DNA from: Felis catus
Lineage: Eukaryota
DNA length: 64,000 nt
Direction of reading: 5' to 3'
Assembly: GCF_018350175.1 (NCBI RefSeq)
Contig: NC_058368.1
Span: 42,472,001 to 42,536,000, forward strand
Below, one piece after another: positions 53,474 to 64,000 of the stretch (position 1 is its first letter; the number at the start of each line of letters is the position of its first letter). Under the pieces are notes generated by a model that had not been told where the DNA came from, made no database searches, and saw only the letters and a program-made list of their open reading frames with translations. Both the position numbers and the translations under genes were made by a program.

Positions 53474-53675
53474 GGGTTCCTGGATGGCTCAGTTGGTTAA
53501 GTGTGGACTCCTGATTTCAGCTCAGGTCATGATTTCACAGTCATGAGATTGAGTCCCGTGTCCGGCTCCATGCTGGGCGTAGAACCTGCTTGAGATTCTC
53601 TCTCTCCCTCTCTCTCTCTGCTCCTCCCCTGCTCGCAGCACACATGCACACACTCTCTCAAAAATAAAACAAACA
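53474..53675 (+). mobile_element. CanSINE (older)
   Basis: SINE body; its tail hosts the next element. Confidence 0.93.
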
Positions 53676-53890
53676 GGGGCGCCTGGGTGGCGCAGTCGGT
53701 TAAGCATCCGACTTCAGCCAGGTCACGATCTCACGGTCCGTGAGTTCGAGCCCCGCGTCGGGCTCTGGGCTGATGGCTCAGAGCCTGGAGCCTGTTTCCG
53801 ATTCTGTGTCTCCCTCTCTCTCTGCCCCTCCCCCCGTTCATGCTCTGTCTTTCTCTGTCCCAAAAATAAATAAATGTTGAAAAAAAAAAT
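53676..53890 (+). mobile_element. Young SINEC_Fc-type CanSINE inserted in the tail of the previous SINE
   Basis: Near-consensus, CpG-rich; TSD aaaaataaaacaaaca. Confidence 0.96.
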
Positions 53891-53999
53891 AAAACAAACA
53901 AATAAAAATAAAGAAATAAAGAAACAAAACATTTAAAAATTAAAGTCTCTTCTTAAAGTTTATATGTTTTATGTATAATTTTATATAATACTGAGTTGA

Positions 54000-54225
54000 G
54001 GGGCACTTGAGTGGCTCAGTCTGTTAAGCGTCCGACTTTGGCTCAGGTCATGATCCCACAGGTTATGGGTTCGAGCCCCACATCGGGCTCAGTGCTGACA
54101 GCTCAGAGCCTAGAGCCTAGATCCTGCTTCAGATTCTGAGTCTGTCTCTCTCTGACCCTTCCCTGCTTGCCCTCTGTCTCTCTCTCTCTTGCTCACTCTC
54201 AAAAATAAATAAACATTAAAAAAAA
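54000..54225 (+). mobile_element. CanSINE (felid type)
   Basis: TSD actgagttga. Confidence 0.95.
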
Positions 54226-55798
54226 ATAACTGAGTTGAGAAAAATGAGAACATGATTTAACATGTGAAGTATCCTAATCTCCTATTCCTGCAACATTCCT
54301 TGTATTTTAGGAATTTCAAAGCATCTCTTTTTACATTTTCCTTCATGTATTAACATACAAAGAGTTGAGTTTTGAGAAATATGATATTAAAAATTTACAA
54401 AATAGGTGTTATGTTTATATACCTAGTTTCCATGATTAATTTAGTATTATTAATATATTAATATATGATATTTACTTTTTGATTAACATTCTTCAAAATA
54501 ATCTAAGTAATCCACTAATATTTAATATTATATAGCTGATATTTATTGAGCACTTCTCATGTGCCAGTCAATGTTTTCAGTGTATTACTTCTATTAATTT
54601 AATAGTCCTGGTGGTCTATTAATATCCTTATTTTCCAGATCAGAAGACTGAGGTACAAAAAGGTTAAAAAAATTAGATATGTAATATATTTAGTAGGTAG
54701 TGATCAAGACTCAAATGTAGACTATGTGGTTCCTCAGCCCGGGCTTTTAGCTGATACGCTGTAGTAGGTTAATTAACATATTGAAGCTATTTCACCATCT
54801 TAATCGACCAATAACATTGTTCTCTAGTACACTCTAGTATACTCATAGTGTGAAATTTTCCTCCATTAAATAAGTTCTCATTAGATCAATGTACCTAAGA
54901 TATTAGTATAAATGGATTGTTTTTTCAAGATATAGAGATCAGTTATTTACATAGGGAAACAATATTACAAATAGTGATTAGATATCACGGATAGTTATAA
55001 AGCCCTGTTTATTATTAATAAACTAATCATTAATTAAAGCATTAAAGTTCCTATTTCCTGGCAGCAAGGAGAGAGGTATGACCAAGAACAGTAGAGAGAA
55101 GTTTCTTCCCTTCCTAAAAAAGGAGTAGGGCTGACTGTAGGCAAAAATTTTAAATAAGTGAAATCTAATTTTGCTACTTCCCAAATATCCCTAGTGTCCT
55201 CAAGCTATTTTACCCCATCATATTTCATTTCCATGGCAATCAAGATTTTTATTTCATTAAACCAATTGATCTTTGCAATGTGTTGGTGGGGAGTGCAGAC
55301 TTTAGCTGAATAATAATATATAAATGACAATCATCCCATAATGGACCCAGAAATATTTATATTATAAAAAGATAGTCCTTACCAACATTAAGAGTGAATT
55401 AATTCATTTTGGTCTCTAAATGAGGAGAGACAATCCAGATGGCCCTAGAAGCAGATTTTTCCCCCCTGTTTTTCGTAGTTTCATAAAAAGCTTGCCCAGA
55501 AGACCCAATGAGTTTAATGAAAGAGATGACTGATGGGGTGTTCTCTGAAGGTGTCACCTTCCAAGGCCACTTTGTTGCCTGGAAATTCTAGAATTCTAGC
55601 TGTACATAGTTGTCCAGATGTTTCTGTCCTTTGGTCTCTAATATGTAAGGCATTGTTGGGGTGGATTACCCCTCCTAGAGCATTTTCCCTGTTGTGATTG
55701 GTCTAGCCATGCCCAGGCTTGGCCATCTGCTCTGTGGGATGATAAGAGTTTGGAGGGGACCTTGGTAGTGACCCTTTCCCTGATAACCCAATACGCAT

Positions 55799-55799
<1 letters not shown>

Positions 55800-55881
<82 letters not shown>

Positions 55882-55896
55882 GTGTGTGCGTGTGTG
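55800..55896. repeat. (TG)n(AG)n compound microsatellite
   Basis: Read directly. Confidence 0.97.
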
Positions 55897-56429
55897 CCCT
55901 CCTTGCACTACAACAGAACAATGGTTCATGCTGTGGGGAAGGGCATTTGAGCATATCCTTGCTTCAGCCGTCTAGGGGTCAGTTCCCCTATGCATTTCAA
56001 GGTCTTTTGCTTTTGTTATATGTATGTATGTATAACATACCAAGCTATAGTTTCCCTAATTGCACTAGTGTGGATACCAACAGCTCATGTCATTTGTTGC
56101 AAGGGAGTCAGTACTGGGGTCTAAAGCACTTCTTTGTCCATAAGGATCATTTGCAAATCAATTGTTTATATGTCTGGCATTTTGTTAATGGAGGGAATGC
56201 TTTTTATTATTTTTTTCTACATGAAGTAGATGCTTTGGGATCTTTTTAGCACCACTTGTTTTTGCCAAGTAGAAGGATATTACACAGGTATTCTCATCAA
56301 AGTAATTAGGTTGTTAGATAGGCTGTGCATGTGGCAGTTAATGTGATACATTAGTTAAATTGTAGCCCCAAAGGCTTGTAGGATCAGAATTGCAAACACA
56401 GTCTGAGTTCCCAAGTCCTATAAATTTAC

Positions 56430-56467
56430 CCCTTTAGGATATACCTCATCCATAGTAAGAGGGAACA
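56430..56467 (-). pseudogene. Exon remnant (V)FPLTMDEVYPKG
   Basis: Acceptor ctgttattgcag, donor GG|gtaaat; 38 nt, phase 1 to 0, matching the next exon. Confidence 0.55.
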
Positions 56468-58111
56468 CTGCAATAACAGATTATCATCATAAGGGTATGA
56501 GCTGATTCTCCTGGAGAAAACACTTGTGTAAATATGTTCAGTATTTAGAGAAGCACATTTGGATATGCTGGAAATTTTTCCACAACTCCCAGACATGCCA
56601 ATCAAAGATAACACAATGCAAGTATCTCTGAGTGACACTTCAAGCTGCATTCATAAGCAACCTGCCTCATTCAAAGTCAATGAAGAGACAGGACTTACAA
56701 GCCCATGCTGAAAAGTTATTGAAATGTGACTGACATCTCAAAGAAACTGTGTCAAAGGCTTGCATGACCCAGTGCTGAAACACAGTGAGGTTAATCAAAG
56801 TGATGGCAGTTGGGTACCACAAAGGTCTTTCCTAAGTTTATTTATTTATTTAATTGAATTCATACACTCAGTGGGTTTATTATCACCCTCTGCTCTCCCT
56901 CTATCATTTAACCCTCAGTTTGTATTGTTGGTTGTAAACTTTTGCTTCAGTTGCTGTTTAGAAAAGAGGATGTAGTGTCATTACTAGTGAGGATTCTGTG
57001 GATAAACACTGCTGTTACACCTCCTTCCATTTCTTGAATTCCCCTAGGAGATACTAAGCCTCCACAAGTATGTTCCCACATGAGGTGCCACCTAGGAAAG
57101 GGTGATTGAACAGCTAGCAAACAATCCTGTTCAAAAAATTCTCCACTAGGAGAATTTGAGTTTGATGAGTTTGATGATTTAGTGAAACCCTACTTACTCT
57201 CAGAAAGCATTAAAGAGGGGACAGCAGAGGTTAAGTTTGATCTCGGTCTATCTATCCATTTTGTCTCTTCCCAATCACGGTTATATTCTCCTGCCTAGTG
57301 TAACCACTTGAATATAGGCAACCATTTTTTGTTTTGTTTTGTTTTGTTTTTTCAACTGGATGCCACCTCAGGACAGAAGGCAATCCTCTGAGAACAGTTG
57401 TAACAATCATGAATAATGGTTATCAGCAGTTCTGTTATATTCACATTTTATGCTGAATGTTTCCATGGGTTCTCTTCAATATCATTGTAAAATGCAGAAA
57501 GTTGATCATCATCTGACAGTGAAATTAGCTAATAACCTTTCCTAACAAAAGAAGGGGAGAAAGGGAAAGGAAATCTCTCTATGACGAACAGAATCTGGAA
57601 AATGCTATAATTATGTTCATGGTAATTATGCCCATGGTTTAAAAAGTGCAAGCAATTATGAGTTATGTTTATAGATGTAGAAGGTAACAATGCATGATAT
57701 AAATTATATGCATAAAAAAAAGAAATTATACACATGAGAAATGTGGGCATGAGCATGTGTGTGTGTTTTTCAATCCAATATTCCAGCCTTATTTCAACTG
57801 TACATTTGGGTCCGATATTTCTTTGTTTTTTTTTTTACCTTATGAATCTATTAGAAATAAGTCCCTGATTAAAATAGTATAATCACAAACTTCAACATGA
57901 TTGGCTGCTAAGTGCTCACATATCTGCTCTTCCCTTGAATCAAATATATATATGTATATGTAAATCTATAACAGAATAAATGTCATATATTTACTTATAT
58001 ATGTAATATGTAATGAATATATATTATGAAAATATATAATATATATTTATTTTCTATAGCTACAAGATCTAGAAAAGAAATTTGTTTTTCTATCCTGTCA
58101 GACAATTCTAC

Positions 58112-58186
58112 CACAAAATAAGTCTAGGTCAGATAACATCAAAGGAATTCTCCATTCCGGAATCAATCCACAATTCATATGAAAGT
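58112..58186 (-). pseudogene. Exon remnant LSYELWIDSGMENSFDVI*... / ...TYF
   Basis: Long pyrimidine tract plus tgacag acceptor; donor TG|gtagaa; 75 nt. Resembles the lipase-3 'EYWI' and 'DHxxYFG' segments only after indel correction. Confidence 0.5.
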
Positions 58187-60219
58187 CTGTCACAATAATG
58201 CAAGAAAAAAAAAGAGGAAAATGACATTAAAATGACTACATTCCTTGTTATTATTTTAAAAATTTTAAGAAGGATGAGAGCTAAGACTTGGGAAAGATCA
58301 CCTTGGAAAGAAAGTATATCAAACATGACTAGCAATGGACTTTTCTTTTATGAAGAATAATGGTTTAATGTTTAATTAATCTTATCCATTTCTGCATTTA
58401 TGGGAAGGCAGAGAAGAGTCTGCTTTATAATGTGGAAAATTAAATATTAAAACCTTGGTGCCTACCAGACTTACATTTTCTTATTATGAATGGGCATTTT
58501 CACTTTCTGCACACACAAAGAAAGAAACAGGAGACAGATGTAGTCACTTAGCTCTGCAGGAAAGGATTATTTCAGTGTATCTCTGATACCATCTTGCTAT
58601 TAGAAACAAAACACATCAAAATGAATAAATGTTTAAAATCAAAACAACAACAAAAAGCAGAACTAGAAGACGACCATCATATATAATATTAAGCCTCAAT
58701 TTTAAATGTAGTGAAGTAATTCATTAGTTTTTTTTTAATGTATGAATTATCTTAAAATTCATAGATCCAATACTCTAAAATGGTAGGTTGCTTACAGGAT
58801 ATAACATCAGTTTTCATGTTCTACGATGTATTTTGCAGTGAGAAAACTGACATATTTGTTAAAAAAATAAAATTTTGCCAGGTTAAAATGTAGAAATATC
58901 AATTGAGAACAATGAAAAGAAAGATCAGACACTTAAATGTTTAATTCAAATTGGGGCTTACTTACATTACTTGTAGTTTGGGCCAGATGATATATTTTGT
59001 AATTAAATATGGAGTTTCGACTTATATTTTAAACTATCATTTAGACCTCTGGTCTCCAATGGATTATATATCCCAAAACAGGAATTGTAGAAAGGGTCTA
59101 GGAAGTGTCCATAGCACAGGAGACCTACCTCTTTGGAGATGGATGCTAAATAAATTCATCTCCACTGATCATCAGAGATACTTTGCCTCTCTGTGACTGG
59201 TTTATTGCTCCTGGAAAATGGAATTTATTTGAAAGGAAAAGAAGGCACACTTCACACACATTGCTCCTAAACTAAAAGGGTTAACATGTATGATTTAACA
59301 TTGCAAATTCTTCTAATTTTTTGTGTGCATTACTGAACTTGTTGGCACCATGGTTACTAACCCTACAATTTGCACCTTCTAAGGTTAAACTAGGATAGAA
59401 AATATTACATTCACAAGATCTCGGTGATGTGATTTTTTTCCAATATTGCTTATGAGAAAGCATTAATAACAATTATGGGGTAATGTTGCAGAAAAATTTG
59501 GGGAAGTTCAGAGACAATTTGGAAGATAAATAAAATCCAATGAAACAAAGTACATGCCTTATTTTCACACAACTTGTGGTTTCTACCTCAGTGATCACCT
59601 TCAACCACACAGTACAGTCTTGCTAGAGCAAGCTCCTATGAGACAGGAATCATAGGTATGAGAAACATGATTGCACTTAAAATAGACTCTGTAATGGCCT
59701 GCAGACCTCCACCCTTGTTCTGATAATGGAAGACCACCTTTCATTGAGAACTCACTGCTGCCCATTCACCTGGCCACACATTTGATTCTGTGATCTACCC
59801 CAAACCAGTCAAATGCCTACCTGGAATACCTGCTGCTATTATCGGGAAGGAGGTGTCCTCTTCTCACAGGGATTATAAACACAAGTGTCTAGTTCAGTTT
59901 AATTATCCATAAAATTGCTTTATGTACCTATAGCTATTGCTTACATTTCAACTGGTAAGTTATATGATAGTATAAGGGATCAGAAAGTTAGAAAATTAAA
60001 GTTGATTTTCTGATCAGGGGAAACGAAATTATGGATATTACTTCAGCCTCAGTTTTTGTTTCTTCCCTATTAGCAACCGATGCTTCCATTTAACCATGTT
60101 ACTGTGCCTTCTCACCTCCAGGAATATATTTGAATTACTTGGAGCAAACTCCTCATTCTCCTCTCCTTTCATCTTCTAGTCCACAGTTAAAAGGCTATAC
60201 CTTTTAAGAAATTGTTCCT

Positions 60220-60455
60220 GGGGCACCTGATGGCTGAGCCTGGGTGGCTCAGTGGGTTAAGTGTCCAATTTTTGACTTCAGTTCAGGTCATGATCTTACA
60301 GTTTGTGAGATCAAACCCTGCATCAGGATCTGTGCTGACAGTGCAGAGACTGCTTGGGACTCTCCCTCTCTCCCTCTCTCTCTGCCCACCCCCCCCCTCA
60401 CGCCCATGTGCACTCACTCTCTCTCTCAAAATAAATAAACTTAAAAAAAAAAAAA
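60220..60455 (+). mobile_element. CanSINE
   Basis: TSD aagaaattgttcctg. Confidence 0.95.
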
Positions 60456-61479
60456 GAAATTGTTCCTGATTTCTCCAGGTAGAAATATCTTAGGGATTCA
60501 CGATTGAGCTTACTTTCTGATACCTATGTAAACTGAAACTTTAGTTCAAAGACCTTCCATTTTCACCATGTTTAAATCAATAACTTAATTAAGATATAGA
60601 AGGCATGTGTGTCAAATAGAAAGTATCACATAGATCACAACAATGACAGGTACAGCAAAAATTCAAAATAATTTTTAAAGGCTATACTAGTGGGTCAAAA
60701 TCAACAACAGAGAACTTAGTAGTAATTCATGCCAAGGGCAGAACATAGCATTAAAAAAAGTGAGTTTAAACATATGACTACAGATATGGTTGACAAAGTA
60801 TATGTGAGAAAGACTGAGGTTCTTAATGTATTAGACGGGGTCAATAAAATTCAAGAATTCAATACAAAATGTTTTGTTAGATGGAAAATACTCCTGATCC
60901 TTTTTTTCTACTTAAAACTCTGCATTCCTTAAGGCTGTACTCAGATGCAATTATATCCAGGAAATCTATCCTGAGTTCTTTATGTGTTTTCTGAATGTCT
61001 ACAATAATCATTTGGTGTACCAGAGCTTAAGATGCCATCTTCTTGTAAGATATTTTAGTAATGCTTTTCAAAAGATGCATTCATGGATTGGGTACCTATG
61101 TAATGAACAATAACACTTCAAAAGTACTCTGCCACAGTCAGACCATACACGGCCAATTCTGTGCTCATATAAAATCTGCATATCAGATTTTCAAGCAAGA
61201 AATGCAAGATCTCAAAAATTAAAAAATAAACTTAATTTGGCATGTGACATCATGATCTATCTACAGTAGAAGAGGACCGTGATAAATTGCTTCAAAATTT
61301 TGATGGGTCTTAAGTTGGAGAAAAGTTCATCTACCCATTTTTTTCAGTGGATAGAAAGAGGAACAACAGATAAAAGTAGCAGAGAAGTGGATTTTATTTT
61401 ATTTTTAAATTTTTTTTTCAGGATGAACCCATATTTTTAATGATTTTTTTATTCCTTCACCTTTCCATGTAATTGTATT

Positions 61480-62032
61480 TCATTTCATTTCATTTTTACT
61501 ATTTTATTTTATTTTATTTTATTTTATTTTATTTTATTTTATTTTATTTTAATCCAGGTCAGTTAACATATAGTGTAATAATTGTTTCAGTAGTAGAATT
61601 TAGTGATTCATCACTTAAATATAATACCCAGTGCTCATCCCAACAAGTGCCCTCCTTAATGCCCATCACTCATTTAGCCCATACCCCTGTCCAACATCCC
61701 TTCAGCAACCCTCAGTTTGTTCTCTGTATTTAAGAGTCTCTTATGGTTTGCCTCCTTCTCTGTTTTTATCTTATTTTTGCTTCCTTTCCACCTGTTTCAT
61801 TTCTCAAATTCCTCATATGAGTGAAATCATATGATATTTGTCTTTCTCTTACTGACTTATTTCACTTAACATAATACACTCTAGTTCCATCCATGTTGTT
61901 GCAAATGGAAAGATTTCATTCTTTTTGATCACCAAGTAGTATTCTATTGTATATATGTACCACATCTTCTTTACTACTCATCAGTCAGCGGACATTTGGA
62001 CCATTTCTGTAATTTGGCTATTGTTGATAATG
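61480..62032 (-). mobile_element. L1 3' end (carnivore L1) with (ATTTT)n tail
   Basis: Reverse L1 3'UTR and ORF2 end; gagaagtggatttt flanks both sides (~61383 and ~62035). Confidence 0.93.
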
Positions 62033-63324
62033 CTGAGAAGTGGATTTTAGCTTGACGTAACTGAAGCCCCATAGTGAAATAAGCTACCTATAAAAATGAT
62101 AAGTTATATATATCTGGATACACTTGCATAGAGGAATGACCTGCAAGGAATTCTGAATTGGAATTCTTACATTGCTTGGAAAGTTAGATTACATGCCTAT
62201 AAGGTCTTCTTCAATTCCACAACTTTATAATATCATATCAAAACTCTATGTCATAACATTAGAGAAAAAGACAATCCTTTTTCATTAGTTTAGTGCTCTA
62301 TAGAACCCTTGTCTACATCAAAGGGAGATAAAGGATTTGCCTAAGAGGAAAACTGGAACAAACCCAGGTTCCCTGGCAGGCAGTTTGAGCTTTATCTAAA
62401 TGGCTGCATTACCTCTTCTTGTGTTGCTCACCCACAAATGAAAGGTTATAAAAAGACATCACTAAGAAAATATCTCAATAGTCAAGGTTAGATTCTCCAT
62501 GCAGTAAATTAATCAAAACCAATGCTAGAAACAGTGACTGTTTCATAGATTAGTTTAGGAATACATGGAAATCTCGTGCTCTTTTAAAAAGTCCACAGTG
62601 TGGGTAGTATGAGAAAGACTTCGACCTTATGATACCAGGGAATGGTCACAGTCAGAGAGGTGTCTTAAAAGATAATAGCAATGAAAATTTATTAAAGAAA
62701 GTCAGGGAGACTCCCATGCTTAAAAATTTGCATCAATAGCATTTTGATGATTTTAAAATATTTATGTCCAATAGTTATATTTTCATGTTGAGCAATTTAA
62801 CTTCTAATAAAAATGATTTTTCTTCATAAAACCTAAGACAGTTTCCAAGTATTTTCAAAGTCACTATGAAACCCAATGTTGACAAAAATATGCAATCTAA
62901 GAAACAAAAACCCTAATAGTTGTATCTTCTTCTTTTCCCATTTTCCAATAAGAAAGATCAGGATTCAGGAGAATTTAAAATTCAAAACACTCCCTGAGGT
63001 TCTTCGATATAGGTCATTTCATTTAGATAAAAACACAAACTTATAATAAGTGATATAAATCACCCTTTATCACAGAATTAGCTGTTTTAATAATCCTGAA
63101 TAAGCCGTTCTTTTCAGCACTCTGATTCACCATGGTTCATATACGTGACCACCCCAAGGGGACCCGGAATCACTAGCCCTGGTGCTTAGGCAGCAGTAAG
63201 ATGACCCTGGAGAATCAGAGTCACTGGAATTTTGCTCCCACTGCCAATTCTCTCTTGCTGCATTTGCCTCTAACGTATATGTGCTTCTTTATTTAAAGCT
63301 TGTTTTTCCCCCCTTTCTTTATTT

Positions 63325-63399
63325 TTGTTTTGTTTTTCAAAAGTGCATTCTTCTGGAATACAGGGCCAAACTACAGGGTCGTTTGCTACTACAGTTCAT
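63325..63399 (-). pseudogene. Exon remnant *TVVANDPVVWPCIPEECTFEKQNK (lipase-3 catalytic-Asp-like motif)
   Basis: Acceptor gtattttcag. Resembles R-V-V-x-x-x-D-x-V-P-x-L-P. Donor not identified. Confidence 0.4.
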
Positions 63400-63463
63400 C
63401 TGAAAATACTTCCAGAAAGCAGCGTGTATAAACTTAGTAACATGCATGAGATAAACAAGCCAT

Positions 63464-63509
63464 CTCTAAATACGCTCCAGGAATTTCTAAAACAATGTGA
63501 AAGTGGCAT
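63464..63509 (-). pseudogene. Exon remnant, lipase-3-like segment (DATFTLF..EIPGAY, needs a frameshift)
   Basis: Acceptor gtctcacccag. Resembles the lipase-3 'G[ND]xxFA...P.ayR' stretch. Donor degenerate. Confidence 0.3.
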
Positions 63510-63601
63510 CTGGGTGAGACGGCAATTTAAACTTCTCAACTCTTCACTCAAATTTGTGTTTAAAACTTCTTCAAACAACTGATCATGTAAAGAGGAAAAA
63601 A

Positions 63602-63820
63602 GGGGCGCCTGGGTGGCTCAGTTGGTTAAGCATCTGACTTCGGCTCAGGTCGTGATCTTGCAGTTTGTGGGTTCAAGCCCCGCGTTGGGCTGTGTGCTGA
63701 CAGCTCAGAGCCTGGAGCCTGCTTCGGATTCTGTGTCTCCCTATCTCTCTGCCCCTCCTCTCTCATGCTCTCTCTCTCTCTCTCTCTTAAAAATAAATAA
63801 CAAATTAAAAAAAATTTAAA
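63602..63820 (+). mobile_element. CanSINE (felid type)
   Basis: TSD aaagaggaaaaa. Confidence 0.96.
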
Positions 63821-64000
63821 AAGAGGAAAAAATCATGTTGTGATTGTTGGTTATTATGCTGCAGAAACTGGAGAGAGGCTATAGTTATGAGGTAGCAATG
63901 TCATGTGAGGAATAAGAAATCTCCAGGCCCCTGTGTAATATGCATAGGTTTACAAAAATCATTCCTAGGTAGGAAAGATCACTGTTAACTATTATTGCTA

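Larger units (their letters stand above)
13620..63509 (-). pseudogene. Decayed multi-exon gene (probable unitary pseudogene): putative lipase-3-like / Pro-rich / PH / PH / SH2 signalling protein; 5' end probably outside the window
   Basis: Chain of minus-strand exon remnants with AG/GT signals, largely compatible phases and domain motifs in collinear order. Many in-frame stops, indels and dead splice sites. The part below ~28,200 is less certain. Confidence 0.75.

Noticed and set aside
55675..56249. Long ORFs including the 150-aa one
   Set aside because: Generated by the (TG)n(AG)n microsatellite; no protein-like content.
1..64000. CRISPR arrays, operons, tRNA/rRNA genes, CpG-island promoter
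   Set aside because: The DNA is mammalian; tRNA-like A/B boxes are all SINE heads; no repeat-spacer array or CpG island was seen.

Overview
AT-rich mammalian genomic DNA from a felid, judged by about 29 tRNA-derived CanSINEs including young SINEC_Fc-type copies. It also carries carnivore L1 3' ends, a Tigger DNA-transposon fossil, L2/MER remnants and microsatellites. No ORF in the supplied track is a credible intact gene; most are SINE, L1 or microsatellite read-throughs. Reading the minus strand exon by exon shows a decayed multi-exon gene, probably a unitary pseudogene, running from beyond 64,000 down to at least ~28,200 and possibly ~13,600. About 18-22 exon remnants keep many splice signals and mostly compatible phases, but carry stops, frameshifts and mutated splice sites. 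The conceptual protein reads: [C-terminal half of a class-3-lipase-like hydrolase, tentative] - polyproline - PH domain 1 - Tyr-motif linker - PH domain 2 - SH2 domain (SH3BP2/SLP-76-like) - Tyr-motif tail (tentative). I know no annotated mammalian gene with this architecture. All domain calls are by-eye motif recognition and need HMM and synteny confirmation.
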